Origin: an uncultured Holophaga sp.
GTDB taxonomy: Bacteria > Acidobacteriota > Holophagae > Holophagales > Holophagaceae
NCBI GenBank assembly: GCA_963664825.1
Contig: OY761614.1
Span: 1,632,001 to 1,696,000 of the forward strand
Length of the DNA: 64,000 nt
Reading direction: 5' to 3'
Position 1 is the first letter of the stretch. The number at the start of each line of letters is the position of its first letter. The notes below the pieces were generated by a model, which searched no databases, was not told the origin of the DNA, and saw only the letters and a list, made by a program, of their open reading frames with translations. Below are positions 1 through 9,240 of this stretch, piece after piece. A program made the translations under genes and the position numbers.

Positions 1-860
1 AGAAGGTCGAGGCCAAGAAGACTGTCAAGAAGGCCGAGCCCAAAGCCGAAGAGAAGGCTGCTGAGCCCAAGGCCGAGAAGAAAGTCACCAAGAAGGCCAA
101 GAAGGCCGTGAAGACCGAGGCCAAGGTCGAAGAGAAGAAGGCCCTGGGCCTGGAAGAGAAGAAGGCTGATAAGGCCCCCGTCAAGGCCGAGGACAAGAAG
201 GCTGACGCCAAGCCTGAGAAGAAGGCCAAGAAGGCTAAGAAGGCAGCCAAGGTTGCCGAGCCCAAGGCTGAAGAGAAGAAGGCCATGAGCCTGGAAGACA
301 AGAAGGCTGACAAGGCCCCCGTCAAGGCCGAGGACAAGAAGGCTGACGCCAAGGCCGAGAAGAAGGCCAAGAAGGCTGCCAAGAAGGCCGAGAAGAAGGC
401 CGAGCCCAAGGCTGAAGAGAAGAAGGCCATGAGCCTGGAAGACAAGAAGGCTGACAAGGCCCCCGTCAAGGCCGAGGACAAGAAGGCTGACGCCAAGGCT
501 GAGAAGAAGGCCAAGAAGGCTGCCAAGAAGGCCGAGAAGAAGGCCGAGCCCAAGGCTGAAGAGAAGAAGGCCCTGAGCCTCGAGGACAAGAAGGCTGAGC
601 CCGCCGCTGCCGACAAGAAGGCTTGCGCCAAGGACTGCAAGAAAGAGTGCTGCACCAAGAAGGCTGCCAAGAAGGCCGAGAAGAAGGCCGAACCCAAGGC
701 TGCTGAGAAGAAGGCCATGAGCCTCGAAGACAAGAAGGCTGAGAAGGCTCCTGTCAAGACCGACGACAAGACCGCTGAGCCCAAGGCCGAGAAGAAGGCC
801 AAGAAGCATGCGAAGAAGGCCAAGAAGGCTGTTGAGCCTGCGACCGAAGCGGCGAAGTAA
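1..860 (+). CDS. Lys/Ala/Glu-rich tandem-repeat protein (histone H1-like composition), 5'-truncated by the window edge
   Basis: Frame is open from position 3 to TAA at 858-860. About 48-aa repeats (AEPKAEEKKAMSLEDKKADKAPVKAEDKKADAKAEKKAKKAAKKAEKK) with strongly biased codons, followed by a terminator. Confidence 0.8.
   Translation, partial: KVEAKKTVKKAEPKAEEKAAEPKAEKKVTKKAKKAVKTEAKVEEKKALGLEEKKADKAPVKAEDKKADAKPEKKAKKAKKAAKVAEPKAEEKKAMSLEDKKADKAPVKAEDKKADAKAEKKAKKAAKKAEKKAEPKAEEKKAMSLEDKKADKAPVKAEDKKADAKAEKKAKKAAKKAEKKAEPKAEEKKALSLEDKKAEPAAADKKACAKDCKKECCTKKAAKKAEKKAEPKAAEKKAMSLEDKKAEKAPVKTDDKTAEPKAEKKAKKHAKKAKKAVEPATEAAK
114..830 (+). repeat. Intragenic tandem repeat, 144-nt period
   Basis: Unit starts (gccga[ga]cccaaggctg) at 255, 399, 543 and 687, exactly 144 nt apart; a more diverged unit starts near 114. 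Confidence 0.9.
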
Positions 861-877
861 GACACTTCCCCTTCAAA

Positions 878-911
878 AAGAAGAGCGGGCCCGTGAGGGC
901 CCGCTCTTCTT
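878..911. terminator. Probable bidirectional intrinsic terminator
   Basis: aagaagagcgggccc-gtga-gggcccgctcttctt perfect stem between convergent genes. Confidence 0.85.
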
Positions 912-1002
912 GTACTGTCCGGGGGACCGGTTGCGTCAACACCCCCGGGCCCCCGCGCCCTCCCGCGGCAGAGCCTCAGGAGGGCTTGATCTTGGGCGAA
1001 GT

Positions 1003-2112
1003 CTACATAATTGTGTGCATCCAGTTGCGGGTATCGGGGGTGAGGCCGTACTGGATATCCAGGAGGGCGGCGCGGAGGCGGATGGAGACTTCACCGACCT
1101 TGTTGTCGTTGATGGTCCATGTGCCACGGCGGGACATGAGGCTGCCGATGGGGGAGATCACGGCAGCCGTGCCGCAGGCGAAGGCCTCCTTCAGGGCGCC
1201 CGTGCGATGGGCCTGTTCCACCTCGTCGATGGAGATGCGGCGTTCCGCCACCTCATAACCCAGTTCCTTGGCCACGGTGATGAGGCTATCGCGGGTCACC
1301 CCTTCCAGGATGCTGCCCGATTTCTCCGGCGTGGCGATGACCGTGCGGGAGCCTTCCTGGAGAACCAGGAATACGTTCATGCCGCCCAGCTCCTCCAGGT
1401 ATTTGCGTTCGACGGCATCCAGATAGAGGGCCTGGTCGCAGCCCCGCTGTTTGGCGAGCTTGCCGGGCAGGAGGCTGCAGGCATAGTTGCCTGCGCACTT
1501 GGCTCGGCCGGTGCCGCCGGGGGCGGCGCGGACGTATTCTTCCTCCACCCAGATGGTCACGGGCTTGATGCCACCTTGGAAGTAGGCACCGGCGGGACCG
1601 CCGATGATGATGAAGAGATATTCCTCTGCGGCCTTGACGCCCAGGAAGTCGCCCAACCCGATCATGAAGGGGCGGAAGTAGTAGCTCTGGTCATGGAGAC
1701 GTTCGCTATCGATGGCACCGGGGACCCACTCGCGGTCCGTCCGGCAGAGCAGATCGGCGGCTTCCACGAAGATATCCAGGGGCACTTCCGGCATGGCCAG
1801 GCGCAGGGCGGATTCGTTGAAACGCCGACCGTTGCTATGGGGGCGGAAGGACTTGACCCCTCCATCGGGCTGGCGATAGGCCTTGAAGCCCTCGAAGATG
1901 GCCTGTCCGTAGTGCAGCACATTGGCCGCCGGGCTGAGGGAGAGCGGGCCGTAGGGCTTGAGCTGGCCCTTCAGCCATCCCTCGCCCTCCCGGTAGGGCA
2001 CGACCACCATGTGCTCGGAGAGGACTTTGCCGAAGCCCAGGTTCTGCATCTTGGCCTTACGGTCGGCCTCGGGCAGCCGCGGGTCGGCCAACTGGATATC
2101 AAAAGGGATCAT
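1003..2112 (-). CDS. ilvE: Branched-chain amino acid aminotransferase (PLP fold IV)
   Basis: Motifs LHYGQAIFEGFKAY, AKCAGNY (PLP Lys), ILEGVTR, GTAAVISP; GGAG RBS before ATG at 2112. Confidence 0.93.
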   Translation of the reverse strand: MIPFDIQLADPRLPEADRKAKMQNLGFGKVLSEHMVVVPYREGEGWLKGQLKPYGPLSLSPAANVLHYGQAIFEGFKAYRQPDGGVKSFRPHSNGRRFNESALRLAMPEVPLDIFVEAADLLCRTDREWVPGAIDSERLHDQSYYFRPFMIGLGDFLGVKAAEEYLFIIIGGPAGAYFQGGIKPVTIWVEEEYVRAAPGGTGRAKCAGNYACSLLPGKLAKQRGCDQALYLDAVERKYLEELGGMNVFLVLQEGSRTVIATPEKSGSILEGVTRDSLITVAKELGYEVAERRISIDEVEQAHRTGALKEAFACGTAAVISPIGSLMSRRGTWTINDNKVGEVSIRLRAALLDIQYGLTPDTRNWMHTIM

Positions 2113-2125
2113 TGGAACTCCTTGG

Positions 2126-3604
2126 TCAAAGGGCAACGGAAGGGCGGACCCGAATCAGGCCGCCCAATCGTGCGATCGCCTCGCGGGTGACGCTAGGCGC
2201 ATGGGTGGAAAAATTAAGCCGAAAGCAGTTGGTGCCTCGGCCGTCGGCAAAAAAGAGAGGGCCGGGGGCGAAGCCCAGGCCCTGGGGAATGGCTTCCTTG
2301 AGGAGCTCCAGCGACGAGAGATCCTCCGGCAGAATGACCCAGAGATGCATTCCACCCTTGGGCTCGGTGATCTCGGTGTCCTGGGGAAAATGGGCGTGCA
2401 AGGCCTCCAGCATGGCATCCCGGCGCTCCCGCAGGGCGCGCCGAAGCCGCGTGACATGCCGCTTGAATCCGCCGCTCTCGATGAACTGGGCCACCGCCGC
2501 CTGGGACAGGATGGGCAGGGCGATGGTGTGGACCTCCTGCACGGGGGTGAGGCGCTGGAGCAGGGATTCCGGCGCGATCACGTAGCCCAGGCGCAGACCT
2601 GCGGCCAGGGACTTGGAGAAACTGCCCACATGGATCACATGATCGGCGCCGGGCAGCATGCGGAAGCTGGGGACGGGCTGTCCGGAGAATCGGAGATCGG
2701 CATAGGTGTCGTCCTCCAGCAGGGGTACCCCATGGGCGCGGGTGAGCGCCAGCACCCGTTCCCGCCGGGAGCGGCTGAGGGTCATGCCCGTGGGGTTGTG
2801 GAAGGTGGGCACCAGGATGATCAGCTTGGCATCCCCCTTCTGAAGGGCCGAAGCCAGGCGTTCCGGGTTCAGGCCGCTGGCATCCACCGGCACAGGAACG
2901 GCTTCGCGGCCCATGGCCCGCAAGAGGGCCAGGGTGCCCACATAGCAGGGGCTTTCCACCAGGACCCGGTCCCCGGGCACGGTCAAGGATTCCACCACCA
3001 GGGCCAAGCCGGACTGGGCGCCTGGGATGGCGCGCAGGCCCCATCCCGGTAGCAGAGGTTCTCCCTCCGAACTCAGCCAATCGGCAACAGCCTTTAGGTA
3101 GGCGGAATGCCCCGCTGGGGCGGAGTAGACCCAGGCTTCTGAGCCCAGTTCCTTCATGGTCCGGGTGTAGACCCGCCGCAGGGCGTCGCCGGGGAGGAGA
3201 TCGGAAGGCGGGAATCCCGCGGAAAAGCTGATGAGCTGGCGGTTCTGAGCCCTCTCTAGGGTCTCCCCCAGCCAAGGCCCCAGCTCGCCCTCGTGGACCC
3301 TCAGTGCCGAGCCCTCGAAGGGGAAGGCTTCCAGACCCCGCAGGGCCGGGGCCTGGGGGAGGTAGTCGGCCACGAAGGTCCCTCGACCCGTCACGGTCTG
3401 GACCCAACCCGTGCGCTTGAGCCCGGCCAGGGCCTTCAGGATGGTGAGGCGGTGCACTTGGAAGCGTTCCGCCAATTCCGGGACCGCGGGGAGCCGCAGG
3501 CCTGGCCGCCATTCACCATTCTGGATGAGGGCGCGCAGGTTCCGCTGCACCTGAAGGTACAGGGGGCTCGCGGCGCCGGGATTGAGGGGGACTTCAGGCT
3601 TCAT
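2126..3604 (-). CDS. MocR/GabR-family regulator (GntR wHTH + PLP aminotransferase domain)
   Basis: N-terminal PLYLQV...LPAVPELAERFQVHRLT...GRGTFV; C-terminal PTFHNPTG, EDDTY, GSFSKSLAAGLRLGY. Confidence 0.92.
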   Translation of the reverse strand: MKPEVPLNPGAASPLYLQVQRNLRALIQNGEWRPGLRLPAVPELAERFQVHRLTILKALAGLKRTGWVQTVTGRGTFVADYLPQAPALRGLEAFPFEGSALRVHEGELGPWLGETLERAQNRQLISFSAGFPPSDLLPGDALRRVYTRTMKELGSEAWVYSAPAGHSAYLKAVADWLSSEGEPLLPGWGLRAIPGAQSGLALVVESLTVPGDRVLVESPCYVGTLALLRAMGREAVPVPVDASGLNPERLASALQKGDAKLIILVPTFHNPTGMTLSRSRRERVLALTRAHGVPLLEDDTYADLRFSGQPVPSFRMLPGADHVIHVGSFSKSLAAGLRLGYVIAPESLLQRLTPVQEVHTIALPILSQAAVAQFIESGGFKRHVTRLRRALRERRDAMLEALHAHFPQDTEITEPKGGMHLWVILPEDLSSLELLKEAIPQGLGFAPGPLFFADGRGTNCFRLNFSTHAPSVTREAIARLGGLIRVRPSVAL

Positions 3605-3661
3605 GACCCCTGAAGTTTGCGTTGATTCCCGGAAAAATTCAGTGATTCCGAGCCAAATAAA

Positions 3662-3729
3662 TAGTCCAGTGCAGACCACCCTGGGGGATGGGGGAAGGAC
3701 CGGGGAATCCGTAGACCAGAACAGACCAC
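3662..3729. promoter_or_regulatory. Candidate MocR operator (paired AG[A/T]CCA direct repeats)
   Basis: tagtccagtgcagaccac (3662-3679) and tagaccagaacagaccac (3712-3729), 15/18 identical, each with two hexamers 10 bp apart, upstream of the MocR gene. Confidence 0.55.
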
Positions 3730-3733
3730 TGGT

Positions 3734-4324
3734 TCAGATCAGGTCCAGCAGGGAGGCCACTTCGTTCCGAAGCTCCGGGATGCCCGTGCCCTTCAGGCTG
3801 CTGGCCCAGGCGATATCCCCCGGCAGGAGGCCCAGGGAGGCGGCCACGTCCCGGCGCTGAGCGAGCTGGCGGCTGGGCTTTACCTGATCGGCCTTGGTGG
3901 CCACGATGCGGCAGGGCAGTTCCGTATGGCGCAACCATTCGATCATCTGATGGTCCAGTTTGGTGGGCCCGATCTCCGCGTCCACCAGCACGAAGACCAT
4001 GCGCAGGTTGCGGCGCCCCGTGAGGTAGCCCTCGATCATGGCGCTCCAGGTGGCGTTCTCGGCCTTGGGGCCTCCCGCATATCCGTAGCCCGGCAGGTCC
4101 ACGACCCAACGATCCGGTCCCGTTAGGAACACATTGATGAGCCGCGTGCGCCCAGGGGTCTTGGAAACCCGCGCCAACTGGGTTTGCTTGGCCAGGGCAT
4201 TCAGCAGGGAGCTCTTGCCCACATTGGAGCGGCCCACAAAGGCCACTTCTGCGCGGCAGACTCCCAGCTGCTTCACATCGGAGGCGGAAGTGACGAATTT
4301 TAGGTCGTGGAGCTGTTGGGCCAT
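3734..4324 (-). CDS. engB: Ribosome biogenesis GTPase YihA/YsxC
   Basis: GRSNVGKSS, SKTPGRT, VDLPGYGY, TKAD motifs. Confidence 0.95.
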   Translation of the reverse strand: MAQQLHDLKFVTSASDVKQLGVCRAEVAFVGRSNVGKSSLLNALAKQTQLARVSKTPGRTRLINVFLTGPDRWVVDLPGYGYAGGPKAENATWSAMIEGYLTGRRNLRMVFVLVDAEIGPTKLDHQMIEWLRHTELPCRIVATKADQVKPSRQLAQRRDVAASLGLLPGDIAWASSLKGTGIPELRNEVASLLDLI

Positions 4325-4333
4325 GGGAATAGT

Positions 4334-5455
4334 CTAGCCTTCATAGACCCGGGATACCCTTTCGTTGATCTGGCAGGTTACCTCGTAGGTGATGGTGCCG
4401 AGCTGCTCGGCCCATTCCTGGGCGCTGATCTCCTGATGGCCGCTGCGGCCGATGAGCACCACCTCGTCGCCGACCCGCACCTCCGTCTCGGGGCCCAGGT
4501 CCACCATGCTCTGGTCCATGCAGATGCGACCCACGATGGGATAGCTCTGGCCAGCGATGAGGACGCGCCCGCGGTTGGAGAAGAGGCGGTTGAAGCCATC
4601 GGCGTAGCCGACCGGTATGGTGGCGATCCAGGTATCCCGAGGGGCGATCCACGTGCGGCCATAGCCGATGGAGGTGCCCGCCTTCACCCTCTTCAAGAAT
4701 GAAACCCGCGTGAGGAAGGAGAGCCCCGGCAGGAGGGGGATGCTGCGGGGTGTGCCGGCATCCGGGTAGAAGCCGTAGATCATGATCCCGGGCCGCACCA
4801 GGTTGAGCCAGGCCTCTTCATGACCCAGGACGGCGCCGGAATTGGCGCAGTGGGCCAGTTCCAGCTTCCGGCCCAGGGCCTCTTCCACGCTGGCCACCAT
4901 GGCCTTGAACCGGGCGATCTGGGCCTTGGTGAAGGCCGTGTCGGCTTCGTCGCTCACGGGCAGATGGGTGAAGATGCCCTCCAGCTTCACGTGGGGGCAC
5001 TGCTGTTCCAGGAAGGTCGCCAGGGCGGGAGCCTCTGCGGGGATGACCCCGATGCGGCCCATGCCTGTGTCCACCTTGAGATGGACCACGGCCTGTACGC
5101 CGACTTTGAGAGCGGCGAGTTCCAGGGCCTCGGCATTGTCCCGGCTGCAGACCGCCAGGGTGATATGCCCGAGGATGGCCGCCTCCATTTCTTCGGGGAA
5201 GGTCGGGCTGAGCTTCAGGATGGGCAGGCCGATGCCCGCTTCCCGCAACTGGAGCCCCTCGGGTACCGTGGCGACCCCGAGCCAATCGATGCCCATGGAT
5301 TGGGCCATGCGGGAGACTTCCACGGCCCCGTGGCCATAGGCGTTGGCCTTCACCGCGATGAGGATCTTCCGTTCCGGCCCCACGGCCTTGCGGATGCCGT
5401 CGAGGTTCTTGCGGATGTTCTGGAGATGGATGGGGGCGTGAGTCTGATAGAGCAT
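4334..5455 (-). CDS. alr: Alanine racemase (PLP fold III)
   Basis: AVKANAYGHG, HLKVDTGMGRIG, VRPGI, SIGYG, GRICMDQ; start reassigned to ATG at 5455 (MLYQTHAP). Confidence 0.9.
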   Translation of the reverse strand: MLYQTHAPIHLQNIRKNLDGIRKAVGPERKILIAVKANAYGHGAVEVSRMAQSMGIDWLGVATVPEGLQLREAGIGLPILKLSPTFPEEMEAAILGHITLAVCSRDNAEALELAALKVGVQAVVHLKVDTGMGRIGVIPAEAPALATFLEQQCPHVKLEGIFTHLPVSDEADTAFTKAQIARFKAMVASVEEALGRKLELAHCANSGAVLGHEEAWLNLVRPGIMIYGFYPDAGTPRSIPLLPGLSFLTRVSFLKRVKAGTSIGYGRTWIAPRDTWIATIPVGYADGFNRLFSNRGRVLIAGQSYPIVGRICMDQSMVDLGPETEVRVGDEVVLIGRSGHQEISAQEWAEQLGTITYEVTCQINERVSRVYEG

Positions 5456-5462
5456 GGGATTC

Positions 5463-6671
5463 CTAACGGACGAAGAGTTCGTGGTATTCGCGAAGTTGGG
5501 CGGCCCAGTGGCCGCCGATAAGCACCAGATGGTTCCCCAGGGGCCTGGAGAGGAGTTCGCGCACATCCCCGTCCAGGTGCACCTGGATCTGGGTGCGGCA
5601 GCGGAGTTCCGAATCGCCATTGGCCAGCAGCTCGCCATCCGTGAGGAAGACCTCCCGCAGATCGGAGCCGCCGATGCGGGCCAGGGTGATGGGCCCGGGT
5701 TCGAGTTCGCCCTGGATGCCCACTCCCAGCGAGGATTCAAAGTGGGAGCGCAGGGCGTAGCCCTTCAGGAGGTTGCGCCCGATGGTGCAGTGGGCGAGCC
5801 AGAGCGTGTTGGAAGTAGAATCGAGGTCCTGGGGATTGGCCATGAAGCTCGCCTGTCCCGTGACGGCCTGCATCCAGCTCATGGTGAGCGCCGCGGGCAG
5901 GTCGCCTTCGCAGCCGGCCACGATGCCTTCGTCCAGCAGCGCGGAAAGGGCCAGGCATCCGGTGGTCTGCAGATCCTTAACTAGATCGAAGCAGCGCACG
6001 GTGCAGGCATCCAGGTGGTGCTCTTGGACTACCCGCCGCAGGGCGACGCCCACGCGGGAGGCCATGCCCAGGTCCGAGCCGGAGGGCTCCAGGATGCTCC
6101 GGGCGCCGCCCTGGAAGGAATCCTGGAAGAGGCGCGAGGCCTCGGGATCGGCGGCCTGGATGGCTCTCCGCAGCACATCCAGGGAGATATCGAGGACCTT
6201 CGGGCCCCAGACTTCCTCCACCTGGTCAGCCCCTGGCGTGCTGGCCACCAGCCAATCGGAAGGCTCTCCGATGCGGCCCAGGCGCAGGAGCCCCAGGCGT
6301 GCATGCGCGTCCAGCAGGCGGTGGAGGGTCGCCAAGGAGGCAAAGCCTTCTTCTCCCCCGTTGAGGAGCACGATGCGCCCGGGGCGGCCCAACTGGTGGA
6401 GTCGGCTGAGGATCTCCAGGGAGGCCGGGAGGGAATTCTGATGAGGGTGGGCCAGGAGCAGGGCGGGTCCCTGCATGTGAGCGAGGGCGGCCAGGGCCAA
6501 GTGCTCGGTGCCCCCGGTGACGATGAGCAGGGCGTTGGGCGCCTCGCTGCCTTCTTCCAGCAGCTTGTAGGGAAGCAGGCGGGCCGACAACTGAGAGGCG
6601 ATTCCCTGGATCGTATCGCGCACCTGATCGGCGGAATGGAAGCTGGAAGCCAGGGGCAGGATCTTGAGCAT
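5463..6671 (-). CDS. L-fucose/L-arabinose-isomerase-like protein of unknown function
   Basis: VRCFDL, GCEGDL, LAHCTI, SHFES..GVGIQG, LGNH motifs resembling FucI-related proteins; 3-7 nt gaps to neighbours in the operon. Confidence 0.65.
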   Translation of the reverse strand: MLKILPLASSFHSADQVRDTIQGIASQLSARLLPYKLLEEGSEAPNALLIVTGGTEHLALAALAHMQGPALLLAHPHQNSLPASLEILSRLHQLGRPGRIVLLNGGEEGFASLATLHRLLDAHARLGLLRLGRIGEPSDWLVASTPGADQVEEVWGPKVLDISLDVLRRAIQAADPEASRLFQDSFQGGARSILEPSGSDLGMASRVGVALRRVVQEHHLDACTVRCFDLVKDLQTTGCLALSALLDEGIVAGCEGDLPAALTMSWMQAVTGQASFMANPQDLDSTSNTLWLAHCTIGRNLLKGYALRSHFESSLGVGIQGELEPGPITLARIGGSDLREVFLTDGELLANGDSELRCRTQIQVHLDGDVRELLSRPLGNHLVLIGGHWAAQLREYHELFVR

Positions 6672-6674
6672 GGT

Positions 6675-7751
6675 TCAGCCTTTCACGACGAGCTTCTGGA
6701 CATAGGGCGACGTGGAGAGGGCCAGGAGGGCGCCGTAACCAGGATAGAAGGCCACTTCCGCGCCCACCTGCAAGGGTTGAGAGGCCTCTTCCACATCCAG
6801 CAGCAGATGGTCGCTGGAGCCCCCGAGCACGATGATGCCCGGGTCCAAGGGCTCGAGGCCATCCACGACTACGTCTTGGCGGCCCAGATTGCAGATGGCG
6901 CGGGTGCGGATGCCCCTATCCACGAAGGTGGGCGTGCCGCCGAAGGCGTCCTGGCCCGTCTCGCCGATGGGGATGGAGGGCTTGCGCTCGACCTCGATGA
7001 CCTCCGCCACAAGCCTGAAGGTGTCCTGGCGTGTGCCGGGCCAAGGGCTGCGGTCCAGTACATTGCGCCCCAGCACGATGGCTTCCCCGATGCGGAAATG
7101 ATTGATCTCCTTCGGCATCTGACCACTGGCCAGCAGAGGCAGATTGGCGCTGTTGCCCCCTGAAAGGAGTTGCAGATCGAGGCCCGTGGCCTTGCGGCAG
7201 GCGTCCCGCACTTCGATGAGTTGCTGCATGTTGGTCACGCTGGGGATCACGCCGCCGTAGCAGGCCAGATTGCAGCCCAGGCCCAGCACATCCAGGTGTT
7301 TGAGCTTGGCCGCCTCCCGCAGCAGGGCCACGGATCGATCCGGCCAGACGCCCTCCCGCAGATCGCCCAGATCCACCATGAGGATCACGCCGTGGCGGGT
7401 CCCCGCGAAACCTGCGGCCTGGTCCAGGAGCCCCAGCGTGGAGAGGGAGGAGTTGAGGCTCAATTGGGCCGTGCGCACAACGTCAAGGGCCTCGCTGGGG
7501 GTGGGCAGGCGGAGGAGCAGGCGGGGCAGAGGGAGGCCCATTTCGGCCACGCGCTGGAGATTGGAGACTCGGCTATCGGCGAGCATATCGGCGCCCCCCA
7601 GCGCCAGCGCGCGCGCCACCGCCGGATGGGCGCTCGCCACCTTGGTGACGGCGGCCACCTGGGCTCCATGCCCATGACAGAGACCGATCACCGACCGCGC
7701 ATTGGCGGTGATGCGCTCTGGGTAGATCTCCAAACGTGGGCCACTGTACAT
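6675..7751 (-). CDS. orr: Ornithine racemase (alanine/ornithine racemase family)
   Basis: AVTKV, LADSR, MVDLGDLREG, SGGNS, RIGEAI, GGSSDH; located in the ornithine operon. Confidence 0.88.
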   Translation of the reverse strand: MYSGPRLEIYPERITANARSVIGLCHGHGAQVAAVTKVASAHPAVARALALGGADMLADSRVSNLQRVAEMGLPLPRLLLRLPTPSEALDVVRTAQLSLNSSLSTLGLLDQAAGFAGTRHGVILMVDLGDLREGVWPDRSVALLREAAKLKHLDVLGLGCNLACYGGVIPSVTNMQQLIEVRDACRKATGLDLQLLSGGNSANLPLLASGQMPKEINHFRIGEAIVLGRNVLDRSPWPGTRQDTFRLVAEVIEVERKPSIPIGETGQDAFGGTPTFVDRGIRTRAICNLGRQDVVVDGLEPLDPGIIVLGGSSDHLLLDVEEASQPLQVGAEVAFYPGYGALLALSTSPYVQKLVVKG

Positions 7752-7768
7752 GGGAAAGACTCCGGTGA

Positions 7769-9115
7769 TCATGCGCTTGGGTTTTCGCCTTCCACCCACC
7801 GCCGGAAGGTCGCCTTCACATCCTCGGGGTAGGCCTGGGCCAGGGTGCCCAGGGCGGAGAACAGGTAGTTTCGGTCCAGCAGGATGCGGGCCTCGGGGGC
7901 GGGCAGCAGATACTTGCCGGGGCCTGTGCAGATGGTCCGGAGGATTTCCGCGCCGCCCTCGATGCGCGTCAGGGCGCCACCGGTGCCGATGACCCAGCGC
8001 ACGGCGCTGAGATCCTTGCCCTTCACGACCTGTTTGCGGCCCGTGGCCGTGTAGATATCCGTGACGACGCCCGCGTGGCGCTTGGCGCCGGTATCAACGG
8101 CGAAGGCGCAGAGGGCACGGGTGAGTTCCCGCTCCCGTTCGGTGGCCGGCATCGCCTGGAGTTCCTTCAGGCGGGCCTCCCATTCCGCGTTTCCAGCCAG
8201 ATCCACGATATTGCGGGCGTTGACGAAGACTCCCAGATCCCCTTCCACCGTGCGCTTGGCCCGAGGCTCGGGCTCCACCATCCGGGCGGCCCATTCCGGG
8301 GCGCCGTCGGTAACGCTATGGACATCGGTTGTCGCCCCGCCCACATCGAAGACCAGGCAATCGCCCAGCTCCTCGGCGAAGAGCTCGGCCCCGCGCAGCA
8401 CGGCGCCCGGCGTGGGGAGGATGCCCCAATGGGTGAGCTCGCCAAATTTGGCCATGCCCGGCGCGTGGATGATGTGCCGGTTGAAGACCTCGTGGATGAG
8501 GTGGCGCAGGGGTTCGATATTGAGCACATCCACATCTGGGAATACATTATCGGCCACCAGGAGTTCCAGTCCTGCGGTTTGGAACTTCTGGTGAATGGGT
8601 TTTCGTAGGGCCACGTTCCCGGCATATACGATCGGGATGGAAAGCCCCAGAGATGCGATCTTCTCGGCGTTCTTGAGGACAGTGGTTTTTTCACCGAAGT
8701 CCACCCCGCCGGCCAGCAGGATGATATTGGGGTGGGTGGCGCGGATCTCCTCCAGTTCGAAATCGTCGAGCTCACCGGCGGTGACCATCTTCACGATGGC
8801 GCCCGCGCCAAGGGCGGCTTCCCGGGCGGCCCTGGCCGTCATGCTGTAGGTGAGCCCGTGGACGGTCATGCGCAGGCCGCCAGCGGCCGAACTATTGACG
8901 AAGGTCTCGGGGTGTCCGAGTTGACCCTGAAAACGGCTTTCCAGATCTTCGATGGCCTGCTGAACGCCGATGCCCACATCGCCCTGGGCCACGCTGGTGG
9001 GTGCGAAGCCCTGGGCCACGGCCTCGAAGCCCCCCTTGGTGAGGAGGTTGAATCCGTTCACTTTCGTGATGGTCGAACCCACCTCGATGGTGAGGACCTC
9101 GATTTCGGAGGGCAT
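7769..9115 (-). CDS. GlmL/MutL-related ornithine aminomutase reactivating factor
   Basis: EVGSTITK, SSAAGGLRM, DVGGATTDVHS, KRTVEGDLG; directly downstream of oraE. Confidence 0.88.
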   Translation of the reverse strand: MPSEIEVLTIEVGSTITKVNGFNLLTKGGFEAVAQGFAPTSVAQGDVGIGVQQAIEDLESRFQGQLGHPETFVNSSAAGGLRMTVHGLTYSMTARAAREAALGAGAIVKMVTAGELDDFELEEIRATHPNIILLAGGVDFGEKTTVLKNAEKIASLGLSIPIVYAGNVALRKPIHQKFQTAGLELLVADNVFPDVDVLNIEPLRHLIHEVFNRHIIHAPGMAKFGELTHWGILPTPGAVLRGAELFAEELGDCLVFDVGGATTDVHSVTDGAPEWAARMVEPEPRAKRTVEGDLGVFVNARNIVDLAGNAEWEARLKELQAMPATERERELTRALCAFAVDTGAKRHAGVVTDIYTATGRKQVVKGKDLSAVRWVIGTGGALTRIEGGAEILRTICTGPGKYLLPAPEARILLDRNYLFSALGTLAQAYPEDVKATFRRWVEGENPSA

Positions 9116-9135
9116 GGGAATCCCAAAAAAGAACA

Positions 9136-9231
9136 CCGCAGAGGGCGCAGAGAACGGAAAAGAGAACACAGAGAAGAACAATATGGCCGTCTCTCTGCGC
9201 TCTCCTTCCTTTTCCTCTGTGCCCTCTGTGG
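9136..9231. repeat. Long intergenic inverted repeat (REP-like, cagagggcgcagag type)
   Basis: ccgcagagggcgcagag (9136-9152) pairs with ctctgtgccctctgtgg (9215-9231), using two G-U pairs. Confidence 0.8.
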
Positions 9232-9240
9232 CTCGGTTTG

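Noticed and set aside
1..860. CRISPR-like periodicity
   Set aside because: The repeats are in-frame coding units without unique spacers, and no cas genes are present.
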